From assembly GCA_965285935.1 (NCBI GenBank), contig OZ260663.1:81344001-81408000 (forward strand): a stretch of 64,000 nt of DNA. The letters are read 5' to 3'. The position numbers were made by a program, and so were the translations under genes. Under the pieces are notes generated by a model. That model saw nothing but the letters and a program-made list of their open reading frames with translations, was not told the origin of the DNA and searched no databases. Below, piece after piece: positions 13,296 through 26,500 of this stretch; the stretch's first letter is position 1; each line of letters begins with the position of its first letter. This DNA is from Ophelia neglecta (lineage: Eukaryota).

Positions 13296-16200
13296 CGCTT
13301 CCATTACTATTGTACAGGCAAGCTTTCGTGTTTTGAAACAGAGAAACGCTAAACAACTCTTTCCTACTATATTCTTGGATAGCCAAAAACCCATCGAGAG
13401 TATTTCGTAGGTTCTATCTTCACCAACGACTCGAATTTTTGCTATCGAAGAAATATCTGTTGAGCGATAAGCTAACTCAAATATGTCGGCTGCTGAGGTT
13501 GCGAGCATACGAGAGCTGCTATCAGCGGTGGCGCCACGCGGCGCCCTGCGCCGACACAAACCATGCCTCCCTCCCTTGTAGCAGACGATTTTGACACTGC
13601 TCCCATCTCGCAGACAATTTCAGTGGAATGAAAATGGAGACTGGGATCAACCGGGGGTCAAAAGCTCAGATAGTGGCTAGGATAACATGTGTTTATTTTC
13701 AAACGTCCCAGTCTATATACAGCGGGTAGCAGCTACCGGCTTTCAATTACGAGATCTGTATCCAACACCCTTTATTCTGACCTCGTAATGAGAATTCTTG
13801 AGCCTGAACAAGGAATGAATTTGTAAATCTAAAGTTCAAATATTACAGAATTAGCCCCACATCTGCTGACGGACATGGGCGTCTTGTTCACTTATCGCCG
13901 AGCTCTGACGAAAAACAGGTCTTCGTCGATAATGCCCTTAATCATCGCCTGGGCCTCTGGAAGGCTGGCGGGCCGTCTGTAATCTGGTCGGCAATGGCTC
14001 TACCGCTCTACATCCCTAGCAATCTACCCCTTCTGGCTTTTAATTAAAATGTAAATTTGTTCTGTGGTGCAAGAATAGTGTATATTTGTACCGTGGGATC
14101 TGTAAAGTCAAAAGGGCAAGGGAAATGATTTCGGTTGGGCGCGGTGTCTATGGTCGACGATCTGTATTATTCCAGTGTACTGCTGCTTGTATGAGCTCAG
14201 CGGGCAAGAAAGGCTGCAATTACTGAACATCATAGCGATTTTGTTAAGTGTATTGTTGGACAAATCTCAATTCCATTGAGACTAGCTGATCAAAAGTAAG
14301 ACACAGTGAATACACGTGTATTGACTTGAAAGTGATACCGGCCACCAAAGATTCAACACAATTTGCCACCGGCTTGACTCTTTGTGTGTCAATACAAATT
14401 CACTGATTGCTACTTAGCGCCTAGTAAATGCTTGATCATGTACATGTAAAACTCACTCAATACATCTGTAGCATTCGATGAAAAGCTAATTTTTACCGTG
14501 TTTGACTATACGTTAATAACATAAACTGGTATTCTTTCAAATTTAATCAAGCCATGATGCTTTTGGCACATCTCGAGTGGTCTGCAAAAACATTGGCAGG
14601 GGGTTATTGAAATCAGAGGCCTGCTCTCAATGGACATTTTATTCACTCTCAATTCACCTGACTGGCAATACTGGACTTGAAATTGGAAATGTTTTTATTC
14701 CTTTATCCGGCAACAATAACACATCGGTGCAATTATAGAATTAACTCGACTTTAGGACAGGTCTTTATCATGGGGCAATGTGTCTTTGTATAGACGCCTT
14801 GGTCCCTATCCCCAAACGGACAAAGAATCTGTTTTTACAATGAAAAATGGAACAAGTAATTTTACATTATGATGTTTAAGCGACATATTATGATACTTTC
14901 TGCACTATATTCAAGGATTTAATTGCAGAAAGTGACAACTGGCTCCTGGTGTCATCTTCTGTCGACCATCTAATGACGATTTCCCCGAGGAGTGACCGAA
15001 GATTATTGCCATAAGATTCTATAAGTCCGCCGAAAGATTATGATAATTACAATTACAGGATAAATCAACGAGAAGACCAGAGCCCCGGCTATAGGTCTGT
15101 AAATGAATTGAACTCAGCTTATGATAATGTTATTATGTTATTATAACCGATTTATGAGAAGACACACTGACATTTCTGGAGGCATTCTACCAGCATATCG
15201 GCCCTACACCTTCATAGGATGGCCGTGCTCCAAAACATTTCTTTATAATACCGTCTTCAAGGTATCTATAGGCCTGTCTGACACTGATAGTATAGTTCTA
15301 TAGTTGTAAGGTGATCTCGTAGGCCTAATGCGGGGAAAGTGTTTTCAAATGGGCTGCCAAGAAGAACATTATGGCCGAATTTCTTAATTTACCCGGTGTA
15401 GTTAAATAAATCAGCGATGCGTGTAGTTCAAGATGGCACCACGTCAGATACTGGCATCATTATCATCATAATTGCTTTCTTGGAGGGCAATAAATCTCTG
15501 GTCAGTTGCAATTCTGTTGTTCTAATTACTCCACGGGTGAGTTGCTCCGTTTCAACACCGCACTCCAATAGCCTCTAGTCGCCGAGACGAGAAGGTCATA
15601 AATTACCACGATAATACCGCTTGTTGAGCTGGTTGTGCTTGTAAGTTGGTAGTTGTTTGTGGTAGTTAGTACCTTTCACTGGTCCTCGCGCGTTCGGACG
15701 GCTAGTCACCAGACGATAATGTAAACGTTAAGGCCCATTGAATAAAGACATACGATGTGCTATGTCGAGGGACAAGTTTGTTGTCGGCTGGCCTGTCATC
15801 GCCGCCATTTTTCAATTCGTCGAGCAGACGAGAATTACTGTGAGTAGATGTTCCAAGACGCGTGTCGTAGATCTGCTGCTGTCGCCCTCCCGCCCTCATT
15901 GTAATTTATTACACTAATTAACAACTTCACACTTGGCGTCCAAATGACTTTCGTGGTTATTCCGCCTATCAAAAGGTCATTTAGAAGAGAGGGAATCTTG
16001 ACCGAGCGAAATCTGGGAAAACAAGCGGTGGCCAATGTGTATGGCCAGCCGAGAATGTTTTCGGACGTGATTTTACGAGATTTTGGAGTACCCTAAATGT
16101 TTATAAGCCTGCTGGTATAGTTTAGTGTTAGATTGAGTGTATGGTCCATGCCCCTGCTCCCCCCCCCCCCCCCCCCCGGACAGACCGATGGGCGGGGTAA

Positions 16201-18946
16201 TGATAGGGGTGGGGTAAATTCCTCCACGGACGCTAAACGCATGCCATTCACAGCTGCGCGGTCAAACGTACGAGACGAAACTATATTGACGAGAAAATAT
16301 TATATCCAATTTGAATCCCTAACCATTTCATGAACATCCTACGTGTACATGATATATCTACAATGCGAACCGATGTTTTCCAGTACATAAACCTAATTCC
16401 GTCTCATATGATTTTCTCTGTGTAATATCTATATTCCTTCTAGTGTAGCAATCAGATTTTTGCTAAGTATATGAAGCCTATACTCAACATTAAATCATGA
16501 TTGAACTATTTCTTGTAACAGCTATATAGTGTAATACAAAACCAGTATGGCTTATAATGTTACATGAAATTCAGCCATTCATGAGTGGTATAGGGTTACA
16601 ACTACAAACCATGCATTAAATTTATTGACACTGACTCAACGGTCCTTTACGAAAGCCTCATTCTATTACGCCATCTTGTAGGCAACTGGGACAAAGTGGA
16701 GAAATTCAATAAAGATGTATCGTTCTATGGATTTGGCTTTCCATGTCCACTCGGGGATTACAAAATTTCCAGTATGGCCAGCACCATAATAAAGATAAAC
16801 GATTCGTCTGAGATTAGCACGACTGCGCAGAAAGTCTTCACATCTTTTCCCAAAAGAATTGCTCTTTTGGTGTAAAGGGATTATGTGCTCGCTGTAATTG
16901 GAGATGTTTCACATTGCTAACGCGCATGACCCGTGTACGGACAAAATGTGGTATTTAACACCACGATCGATATACAATAATTTTGTTGGGTCTCCGGCCA
17001 TCCAGCGTGTACATTGTTGATTAAGTAGCCGTTCCATCATGAATGCAAATGGTTGTTGAGTTTGGTTGGTCTCTCCCGGGAGTGCGGGCGGCCTATTGCT
17101 CTTATCGCCGTGGCGCAGGAGGGCTTGGGGGGCAGCTCCCCGAAGACTGGGCCTGTTTAACAACAACCGCCGAACACAAATACCGACACATGTTTAGTAT
17201 TGAGGAAAGAGATACTGGCGACCTTTACCAGGGCCTTTGTAGCCTGGCTAGCAGGGAAGAGCCTCGTTCTACATAACATAGTCTGCGAAAAACGATTAGG
17301 AACATGTCAGGAGAATGCCCTCTTACAACCAAATCCTGAATTATCGCAGGAATGGCCTTATAATTATAGGAATTTTTACGCCCAGTTTGGCCTCAATCTC
17401 GCCCGCCGAACATCGGTGGTTTGTAGGTATATTTGTGTTTACATTTAATTAGAAACATGGTAAATTATGTATGAAAAAGCGGGCCCAGACGAAATGCCAT
17501 CATAAGATCTGTCTGACAAGATAGCGTTCTATAACCAAGAGCTGCCCGGTTATCGCCCGCTACAGCGGGTTGATACCACTTATCGTGTACATGGGCCTTG
17601 TTCAGCAGACACAAAACACTCATTTAGGTCGTGATTGCTTTGAGAGAGGCAGACGAAATCAAAGAAAACCGTTCTATCTTTGCCAGAACCTGTTGTATAT
17701 TCCTTCTAGCAGATTGCGGATTGATTTTCCTTCCAAAAGAAACACGAGAAACTGGAGAGGCCGCGAATAACAGTAACCGGGTGTGGGCGATGTAACGACT
17801 TTGTCCGGCCGGGATGTGGGGGCCCGCCCTCCCAAGCTCGGGCCCATGCTTCTGGGTGGGGAGCACCAGCCCAAGGATATACCACACCGACCAGGAATGA
17901 GCAACTTTCATCAAGTTCCCATCTAAACATCCCAGTAGGCCGCGTGATTAACACGTTGGAGTCAGCTGTCGCGAATTTCAGTTCATCTTGCTAAGACGTT
18001 CAAGACCTCCATCGAACATTGACAGTTGTCAGACGGCCAATTCAAGAACAAGGCACGTATCCCATACACCCACCGAAAGGGGATACCCTCATTCTCAGGA
18101 CTCACTGCAATCAACTCCAAATATTTGTGAAATTAATCTGGCTATTTTGTAACAACTTTACACTTTTTCGCATTTTCAATTACCGTTGTTTAGACGATGT
18201 TGCTTCTCGCTTATGCAATGCTTTTTCGGCTTCGATTAACATTCGTAAGAAGTTTGTAGGCCATCATGTCTCACTCGACTCGTAGATAAACCAGGGAGTT
18301 TAAACATAGCAGAGGTAGAGCTTTGAATCGCTTGATACAATAAATACATAATAAATTGAACATCGTCTTTTTCACAGTCTAGGAGCAGATGCAGTACATT
18401 CCTGGCAGGTGAGCTATCTTTATGAACTGAGAAAAAGCACGACTTTAACCGTTGCGAAAATCTAGATCCACGAAATCGCGATCTTCCGAGGGCCATTGCT
18501 AACCCGCGGAAAACGCGACGAGGCTTGTCGTGACCAGGACTGTAGCTATATTTACCGTGAATCAGTAATTGAAACCCCGAGCTTCATTACTATATAAATA
18601 TGTACTGTATTTGATCATTCTGTTAGGGCGAAGTCACTCAAAAACGCTATGTTACGATTATATACCTAGCTATTGGTATATGAGGTTTATTACTAGGATG
18701 TTGTCTATCGGAGTTCAACACAATATCTGACCAAGTCGAGAGCCGAGTGCAGGCCCGTTAATCATAGATCTATTTGAGAGCTTGTGTACTTCTGTTAACC
18801 GTAGTCGACAGTCAAACAAAGTTAGACGAGATTTAAAACACGACACGTACAACAAGAAATATACAAATGATGTGCTTGTTTTCTGAGGGGACGGGGGTCG
18901 CCATGTCAAGTGTTTGTCCTGCTTTGATGTGGACAGCTACAAGTTT

Positions 18947-19097
18947 CAGAGGTGGATCCAAATATATTAAGGGGGTCAGTTCTTGGAGGTGGGTGGAGCG
19001 GGGACGGGGCGGGAGAATGCCTCCTTACGAATTGAGCTATGAGGGCTTCCCCAAATGGAGGGATCCTAAGACCCCTAAGCCACCCCTAAATCACTGA
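18947..19097. mobile_element. Possible decayed GC-rich MITE relic
   Basis: Begins CAGAGGTGGATCCA, has a G-rich left half and C-rich right half, and ends CCCCTAAATCACTG (weakly inverted termini). Confidence 0.35.
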
Positions 19098-20480
19098 GGT
19101 ACCAGGGATTTTGCTAGCCTCGAGCTATATATTCATTTTGCTATGACATTGATTAAGTAGTGACGACTTTGAATGGATGTTGTGGTTTTGGACAAAGGAG
19201 TGTGTGAGCTGTTTGTTGTCGTGCTTACCACAGGATCACGGTGGGTCAAGCCCAGGTCGTGTTGATCCCGGCCGTCCTGGGAGAGTTGGCAGGAGCAGAC
19301 GTGTCCAGCGACCCGCTTGTCCCCGGAGGAGGGAGGGGGGATGGTCAGTGATGGCCGTCGGGATGGTGGCGGTCGGTTAACATGGCGGGTCGGCCCCACC
19401 AGACTGCGGCCATCAACCCAGATGATTAATGACTACGGCGGTATAGGCCTCGGCGAGAGGACGGCTAGGCCCTGCTCCAACGCCCATACGCCACCTCCTC
19501 TCCATCATCGACTTCCCTTGATAGCACCGATCGCTTCCACATTGACCGCTTAAATCGTTTCCCTGAAACCAGATAACCTGAGAGATGTTCAACTCGGCTG
19601 TGTAGCGACTGGTCTGAAGTAAGGCTTTGATATTTGTCAAAGTCGAAGAACACGCTTTGAGCAGATTCTATTATATACAATATAATTATAATGAAAACTA
19701 AATATGCTAGTTAACTGGGACGAAGGTCAGTAGGGTAACCTTACACACCAAACTGGCCCCGACCCTTTAAATCTTAATCCTGACATAATACAGTGGGTTA
19801 TGTCTAGCGTGTGATGGTGATATTTGTGATATTGAGCTGTATTACGCCGCTCGAGTCAAAGATTTGCAAGGCTGTCAATGCTAGTTCAATTTACTCGACA
19901 TCGGGGAGGGACGGGCAATTTCAACTTGGTCGTTTCTGTCAATCAAAGACGCATACAGGTCGTCTATTACTGGTTTAATAAGGCGTCATATTGACCCATG
20001 TGCCACTGGTCCGTCTCAGGTTGAATCTATAAGGCCGCTCTCGCCGAATATTACCCAATCTTTATCGCTATTTCAGATTATCCCGGTGAATTACACCCTT
20101 CAATCTACTGCCTGCCCCCCCCCCCCCTTGCTAGAGTCAGTCGATCTTGTTCTCCAATTATTCCGTCTTCTGTAGAACTACTCCACTGCCTATTATTCCC
20201 ATGTAGACATTTGCCTAAATTACACTGCCACTATCCACCACTGATATTTTGCATGGGGGAATATTGGGACTCAATTATGTCCTTAGCCCATTCAATTTCT
20301 GGCCGCTCATTGTATGCGCTTCTTTATCGTTTTCCAAGCCATATAATTAATTACCGCGAGGATCGTCGTTAATCGAGATCTCAATTAGATACCCATTAGG
20401 CTCGATCGATACGCCAGAGAGTCGATCATTGAGTTCTCCATTAGGAGGCCATCGAGCGGACGACAGTACCGATCAGTGGC

Positions 20481-20542
20481 GAGAAGCAGACGACACTGTA
20501 TACCGAGAAGCAGACGACACTGCCGAGAAGCAGACGACAGCG
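20481..20542. repeat. Short tandem repeat, 3 x about 20 bp (CCGAGAAGCAGACGACACTG)
   Basis: Units at 20481, 20503 and 20523, with a degenerate unit GAGCGGACGACAGT at about 20454. Confidence 0.9.
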
Positions 20543-23500
20543 GTGGACATCAGCTGAGTCACGCTACTGATTGACATCCGTCACACAATCAAATGTCCGC
20601 CCGCCACGCCCAAGATGATTCGGTGACTGAGTCCTGATTCCGATGTTCCTGCTCAATGCTTCCGTATAAAGTCATCAGCCTTGATTTGTATTCGAAGTCA
20701 TGACCTTTAACCTTCTATCGATACCCGACGAGACCACAAAATAGTCCGTGTACTTGAATGTTTAATAAGATGATATTTATATCTGCATTTTATTGCCATC
20801 GCGGATTAATTTGTTCGCTAACTTGCACTCATTGGTTTTGAAGGACATGCTAACAAGAAAAAGGTTATAGAACAGAAGCAGAATAATGGAATTAATATAA
20901 CTAAGACTTATAGTTCTTACAATCGGTAAAAAGATAGACCTATAGCCCACTGTTCAACAATGGTCGACCGCAATTGGCTTGAACATCTCTATCCATCTAA
21001 TAACTATTTGTATTCTACTTGAGGCGTTCCACATTTCAATTGAACAGGAATATAATACAATCGAACATATAATATTTTCCTTTTGATGCCACTCAATCAA
21101 ACTGGCTTCATGACTTCAGTAAATAAGTTAAGCCATAAAGTACTGAAGGTGTTATGCACGCTGTCAGCTAACCATATTCATAACCATTTCGGCGTCATTT
21201 TTGTAAGTTATATTTTGGCATATCAACACTCTATATTATGAGAAGGCCACTTTCATTAACACCTGAACTCACGAGAAAATGGTATTTTGAGTACAAGGCA
21301 ATCGACCAACTCACTGTCGTCAAGGGCAAGAATCTACTAGTATCGTATGTGAAAGTGGGCTTTCACCATGCATACACAAGAAGGCTGCGTTCTCCTCCAC
21401 CAGGTGTCGCCAAATACTAGGTGCCGAAACTCTGCAGGAGTTGCCAAGCAGCAGTAGTCCTTCAGGACAATGGCGTGCTATGGTGTGTTTCTTGTACCAA
21501 CCCGACAGATAAATGATGGATCACATCACTCCCAGAGTTACAGGAGAAATAGAAATGAGTAAATATGATTATGGGCGCCTAACCAAGATGGAGAAAGTGT
21601 CATTTCTTGCCAAAGACGACGGGTGACCGGTAAATCAGACGACTGATTGTTCGCGCGCTTAGCTCTACCTCGGGCAGTGATGGATGATCTTTTGTTTTCG
21701 CTTCAACTTCAGCGTCCCTTGCTGTTCTCGGAACACTCCTCTGAAACAATCCCTAACATCCTGTCTACATGTGGCAAGGCTTTCTATGTCTCCTCTGAGT
21801 CCGTGTAGAACCAGAAGAATTTTGTCGAGCTACTGCCCTTTCAGGAAATGTAACCATGACAGATTTGTTACCCTCGCGGCTTGACTGATTGTATCCAAAA
21901 GGGCAAAACATGCCAGAATTAAGATCAAACACAATCCATTAAAAAAGCATTTTCCCTGAAACCCCATTTTAGGATGATGCTTTGTTTCTACACGGGGAGC
22001 CCCTCAAGGGTCCTCCGAGAGCCAATTGTTTCATAAAACACGAAAAGTAATGACTGACAAATCTTTTATTTTTTCATTATGGGCTCGCCTCGTTTATCAC
22101 GCTAGTTATTTCAGTTTTTTGGGTTATGCTATTTCAAGATTATTCTATCATGATTATTCATTTTTTTGTCCTCGTGTGTCATCACATTCATTAAAATAAA
22201 TGAAGGAGTGGCCGCGAGATCAGCTATGCTGTTTTCCCGCCAGTCGGATTGGACAGTAAAAACTCGCTAGTTCGCTGCCAAAAAAAGTCGTCTGCAAAAG
22301 GTCATTGCGGGTAATTATTTCTCTGTTTACACGGCCGCGCCTGTGGATGTCACGTTAGAGCCAATATCGCACAAAATAAACATCAGATCAGAATACTATA
22401 TCGGTGCTAGATCCAGTGTTTTGTTTACGAGTATGGTAATTAATATTATGGAAATATTTGCTCTCGCAATGCTTTTGTAATGGATCAAAGCACTGATCTG
22501 GCCGGGTTTCAAAAACAAGTGCTTTTAACGAACAGAAAAACAAGGCTTTAAAATAAATCCAGAAGCATAATTATCAAGTACTACATACATGACATGGATG
22601 GATAGAGACAAATTTAACTACATTTAAGATCATACACAGTATTATTGTTAGAATATATTATTTAGAATCACTTATTATTTATTGTTTGTTCACCATACAG
22701 CATAAAACATCAAAGACGAATAAACTGATGGTGCTAATTGCCAGTTAGCAAGAAAGCTATAATTAACGGTGGCGTATTTGTCTTTATATTCCAATAGTAT
22801 ACGTGTTCTGTCAATATTAATAGTGTTATATTATATAAACCTATACAACATCGCATCTTATATATATATCTGGCAACAGGTGGTGTGTCGTCGAGCAGGT
22901 TTCACCTGTGACTTATTACTTTCCAAAACTGTGTCTAATTATCAGTGACCCCGCCTATACATACCGACCCGCTCTGTCACGACCAGACCCCTTAACTGAG
23001 TTACACGCCCGGGGGTGTTGGCTCCACTCCCGAGGACTGATCGGCACTCACCCCGCCAGAAAATAGAAGTGGCAGCCAAACTCGGGCCAAATTCCATCGC
23101 TACTGGCGACCAGCGACAACCAACTAGCTATTAGTGCGAAATATATGTCTCTGTGTTGTTTGGTGGACGGGTATGAAAACAAATAAATCAAATTAGTCTT
23201 GTATTTAACCTATGTAACTGCACGGTGTAGGTGGAATTCTTTTTGCATATGTTGACCGCAACAAAATTGACCATACCCACGTGGTAGCTTAAAAGTACAC
23301 AAGTACTGGTGCCACCTACCTTACAACCGCGCCGTAAGGTATGGGCTTACCTCTGATATGACAATCTGCATAAATTAACTAGGAAAACAAAACTAATGGC
23401 TAATAAAGTCGACTTAATTACTGTTGCACTGCCAAAATATGTACTGGAGGGGGCTGGGAGTGCTGCTAAGTGGGCGTTCTGTACTGAAAACCATGACAAC

Positions 23501-26500
23501 GTAGAACTATTGTATCCGTACTACTTTAATTCGGAAGCAAATTGACACCCGATTGACAGAAAACACGAAGACAGTGGTCTGTTAAATGTAATATAATGAT
23601 GATAGCGTTGATAAGATGTATTTTACAATGTCAAGTGCATCAAAGGTAGCAGACGACAGTATATCGTTCAAACCAGATAGGGGATTTCAAGGCGGCGGTC
23701 GCGGTACTCCTATTGTCTCAGAATAACAGGGCTGGTCAGCGAAGGCGACAATGTGTCCTTTAGCTAGTCAGTAAAACCAAAAACATCTCTTATCTGCCAG
23801 AAACATTATCATCTTCAATGGTGGCGAATTGTGAACGAAAGAGGGGTCTGTCGCTGATTTTATCTGAACTAATAAATTACCTTTCCCGTCGGCTATCTTT
23901 GCGATCTTGCCGTAGGCCTCCTTATTGGCTCTTGTCCGAAGTTCTAAATGGAGGTCACAATGGCGAAAGTAAGCTTCACAGATGGCCATTTTATCGCCAA
24001 CCATCAAAGACACAATCACTGAACGCTAAGCTTTAGTAACAACCATACAAGAGAGAAATGAAGAAGCGCAACTGATCTCTTTTAACAAGGTAATCTGAGG
24101 TAATAATGACATTTCGATTATATGAGATTCTGTAAATAAGCGCCATTGAAGCATCTAAAGAAGTCGCTGAGCATGCTAATGCGACAATTAAGATTCACAG
24201 CTAGATAATGGTGACCAGTTTGGTTTGATCCTTTCAATTTCAAGTATAATAAAGATAATCAGATGGATGTAGCGCATATGTTCACCAATGTCTAGAACAG
24301 AAAACTTCAAATCGAGGATTCGATCGTTTGTCAGACACGTGTTAGACAAGTGTTTTAAATGCTGCACTTCCCCAGCTGTTACAGTGAATATCTAGTGAAC
24401 TATACTTCTCACCGAGTCGAGTTTTGCCTGATACATTATCTGCCTATGCAAATATTTACATCAATTAAAATTGTACAGTCGATTAGCGAATCACTACACA
24501 GAATTGGACGCTTTGCCATTATTGATCAGTCTCGAAGAAGGCGACAAAAATCATTAGGCATTATTTTATATCACCGATAACAAAGTGTTTCTTTTCAAAC
24601 TGACGTTGGTTTTATGAGCTCATATATCACTATATTTTCCGACGGCAATGATGGTTAAACGTGTATGATGTAAAATATTCATGTCGGAGCAATATTTGCA
24701 CATGTAAAGCGTAAATTGGAGGTACAAATTCAAGTAGCGAAGTCGAAGGTTGAAATCAACCTACTAGAACTGATAGCTGGATTTGAGGCAGTGTCGTTAA
24801 TGATAATCCCGGATATGCCAAGTAAGCATGCGCACTTACACCTTCCGGACTTAAAAGTATTTTGCACGAAGAAAATAAACTGTAAATTATGTTACAGGAC
24901 ACCATCTGTTTGCCATCATTCAATAAAGTCAATAACTGATCAAATACTATCTAACAATAGGAAGCAATTGTGCTCACCTGAATCACATACAACTGGTATA
25001 CGTTTCCAACACATATTGCTTCTTTACAAATAACTAAGTGCGGACAAAAGCATGAAATGTTAAACCTCCATTGTGGCGATAATTTCGGCCAGCTCTGTGT
25101 GGGGTTAGTTGGCGTCTTCAACTGGAACAATAGTGTTGCGTGCCGGTTGGGTTTAATCGGGTATTACGGATGACTTTTGACCTCATCTGACGTGCACCAT
25201 TACCATGCCCAGATGTCGCCCGTAAAGACAATATTTAGCCTGGTCTGGGCGGCCTTCCAGGCCTGCCATGGGAGAGCAGACGACACCCCCGGGAAATAGC
25301 GCCAAATTATATTTTCCCTTCTCATCTGGTCAATGCGAGAACAACGATAGCGTTATATCTACAATGGCCACCCCTCGGTGACCGATTCATTACTACACCG
25401 TGTCACGTGTTTTACAAGGGAGGTTACAAATTATCAGCTTTGTTGCGAAACTGATTCAGCAAAGCTCATCATTTTTGCGGGATCTTTTCCATTTAGCAGT
25501 AATATGATTTCCCCTGGGCACGGAGGCAGTCAGGGATTAGATATGTAGTACAGTATCAACTCTTTATCGGATTGGTTTTTGTTTAATATGATGTTAACAC
25601 GGAGGTAGACTGTCACATATAAAGGCATGAAAAATGAGAAGTCACTCGTCTATAATCGTTTTTTATTTGTTCTGCTAACAAATAACGTTGACTTAAATAT
25701 GCCGCCATGCATGTTTCAAAGTCCCTCACAACGTTCTGACTGACTGTATAAAGCCAGCCAAACCAAGGACCGGAGAGTCCCTCTCTTCATCGTACGGAGC
25801 GTCCGGTACGACCTGCTTCCAGGTCACCTGACTAACAAGTTGAATCTGATTATTTGCGTTCATTTGTATATTAAAACCCAATATTATATGGACACGAATG
25901 AATCATTGCGAAACGCTTTATAACTATACATCGTATTTGCGGGACAGTAAGAATGTCATTAATATATGTAAAGGTATGTCCATTGAAAGCTTACATGCAT
26001 GATTCCCATTAATTACTCCTCAGACCAAAAAACCTGAATCGAATTATTCTGGTAAATGAAGGTTTGTAGATCTGTCTGGTGACAGGGTGGTGTTTTTTTT
26101 AGATCTATTATCACATATCGGTCTGGTGAAATCTTCACTTTATAACCGACATCATATCTGATAAGATGATGAAAATCCTGTCGCCAAAGTTTGTCATCGT
26201 CGTATAGGGTATTCATCTCTTGTTGGGTGAGACTGAGACTTTCCTTCAAATTCTCCCAGATCTATTGAGACTCCCCAGACAAGGCTCACACTGACAATTT
26301 GTGACCATTTGGCTTTTAGGTGTCTGAGTGATATTGTAAATCAAACCTAAGCAGAAGATACCAGACCAGGATATCGTGGACGCCATCTTGCATGCTGACT
26401 GGGCAGATATGATCGCGATCCTGACGGCGGCGCCTGCCCGGCTGGCCCGGCGTCATGCTGTGCGGATAGGGCAAGTCTGGTGCGGCAAAAAGGTCCCCAA

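Noticed and set aside
20481-20542. Repeat triplet as a CRISPR array
   Set aside because: No unique spacers, no cas genes, and the context is intron-containing eukaryotic DNA.
23768-26249. Isolated 78-105 aa ORFs (23768, 24716, 26013)
   Set aside because: No recognisable homology, splice framework or codon signal that I can support.
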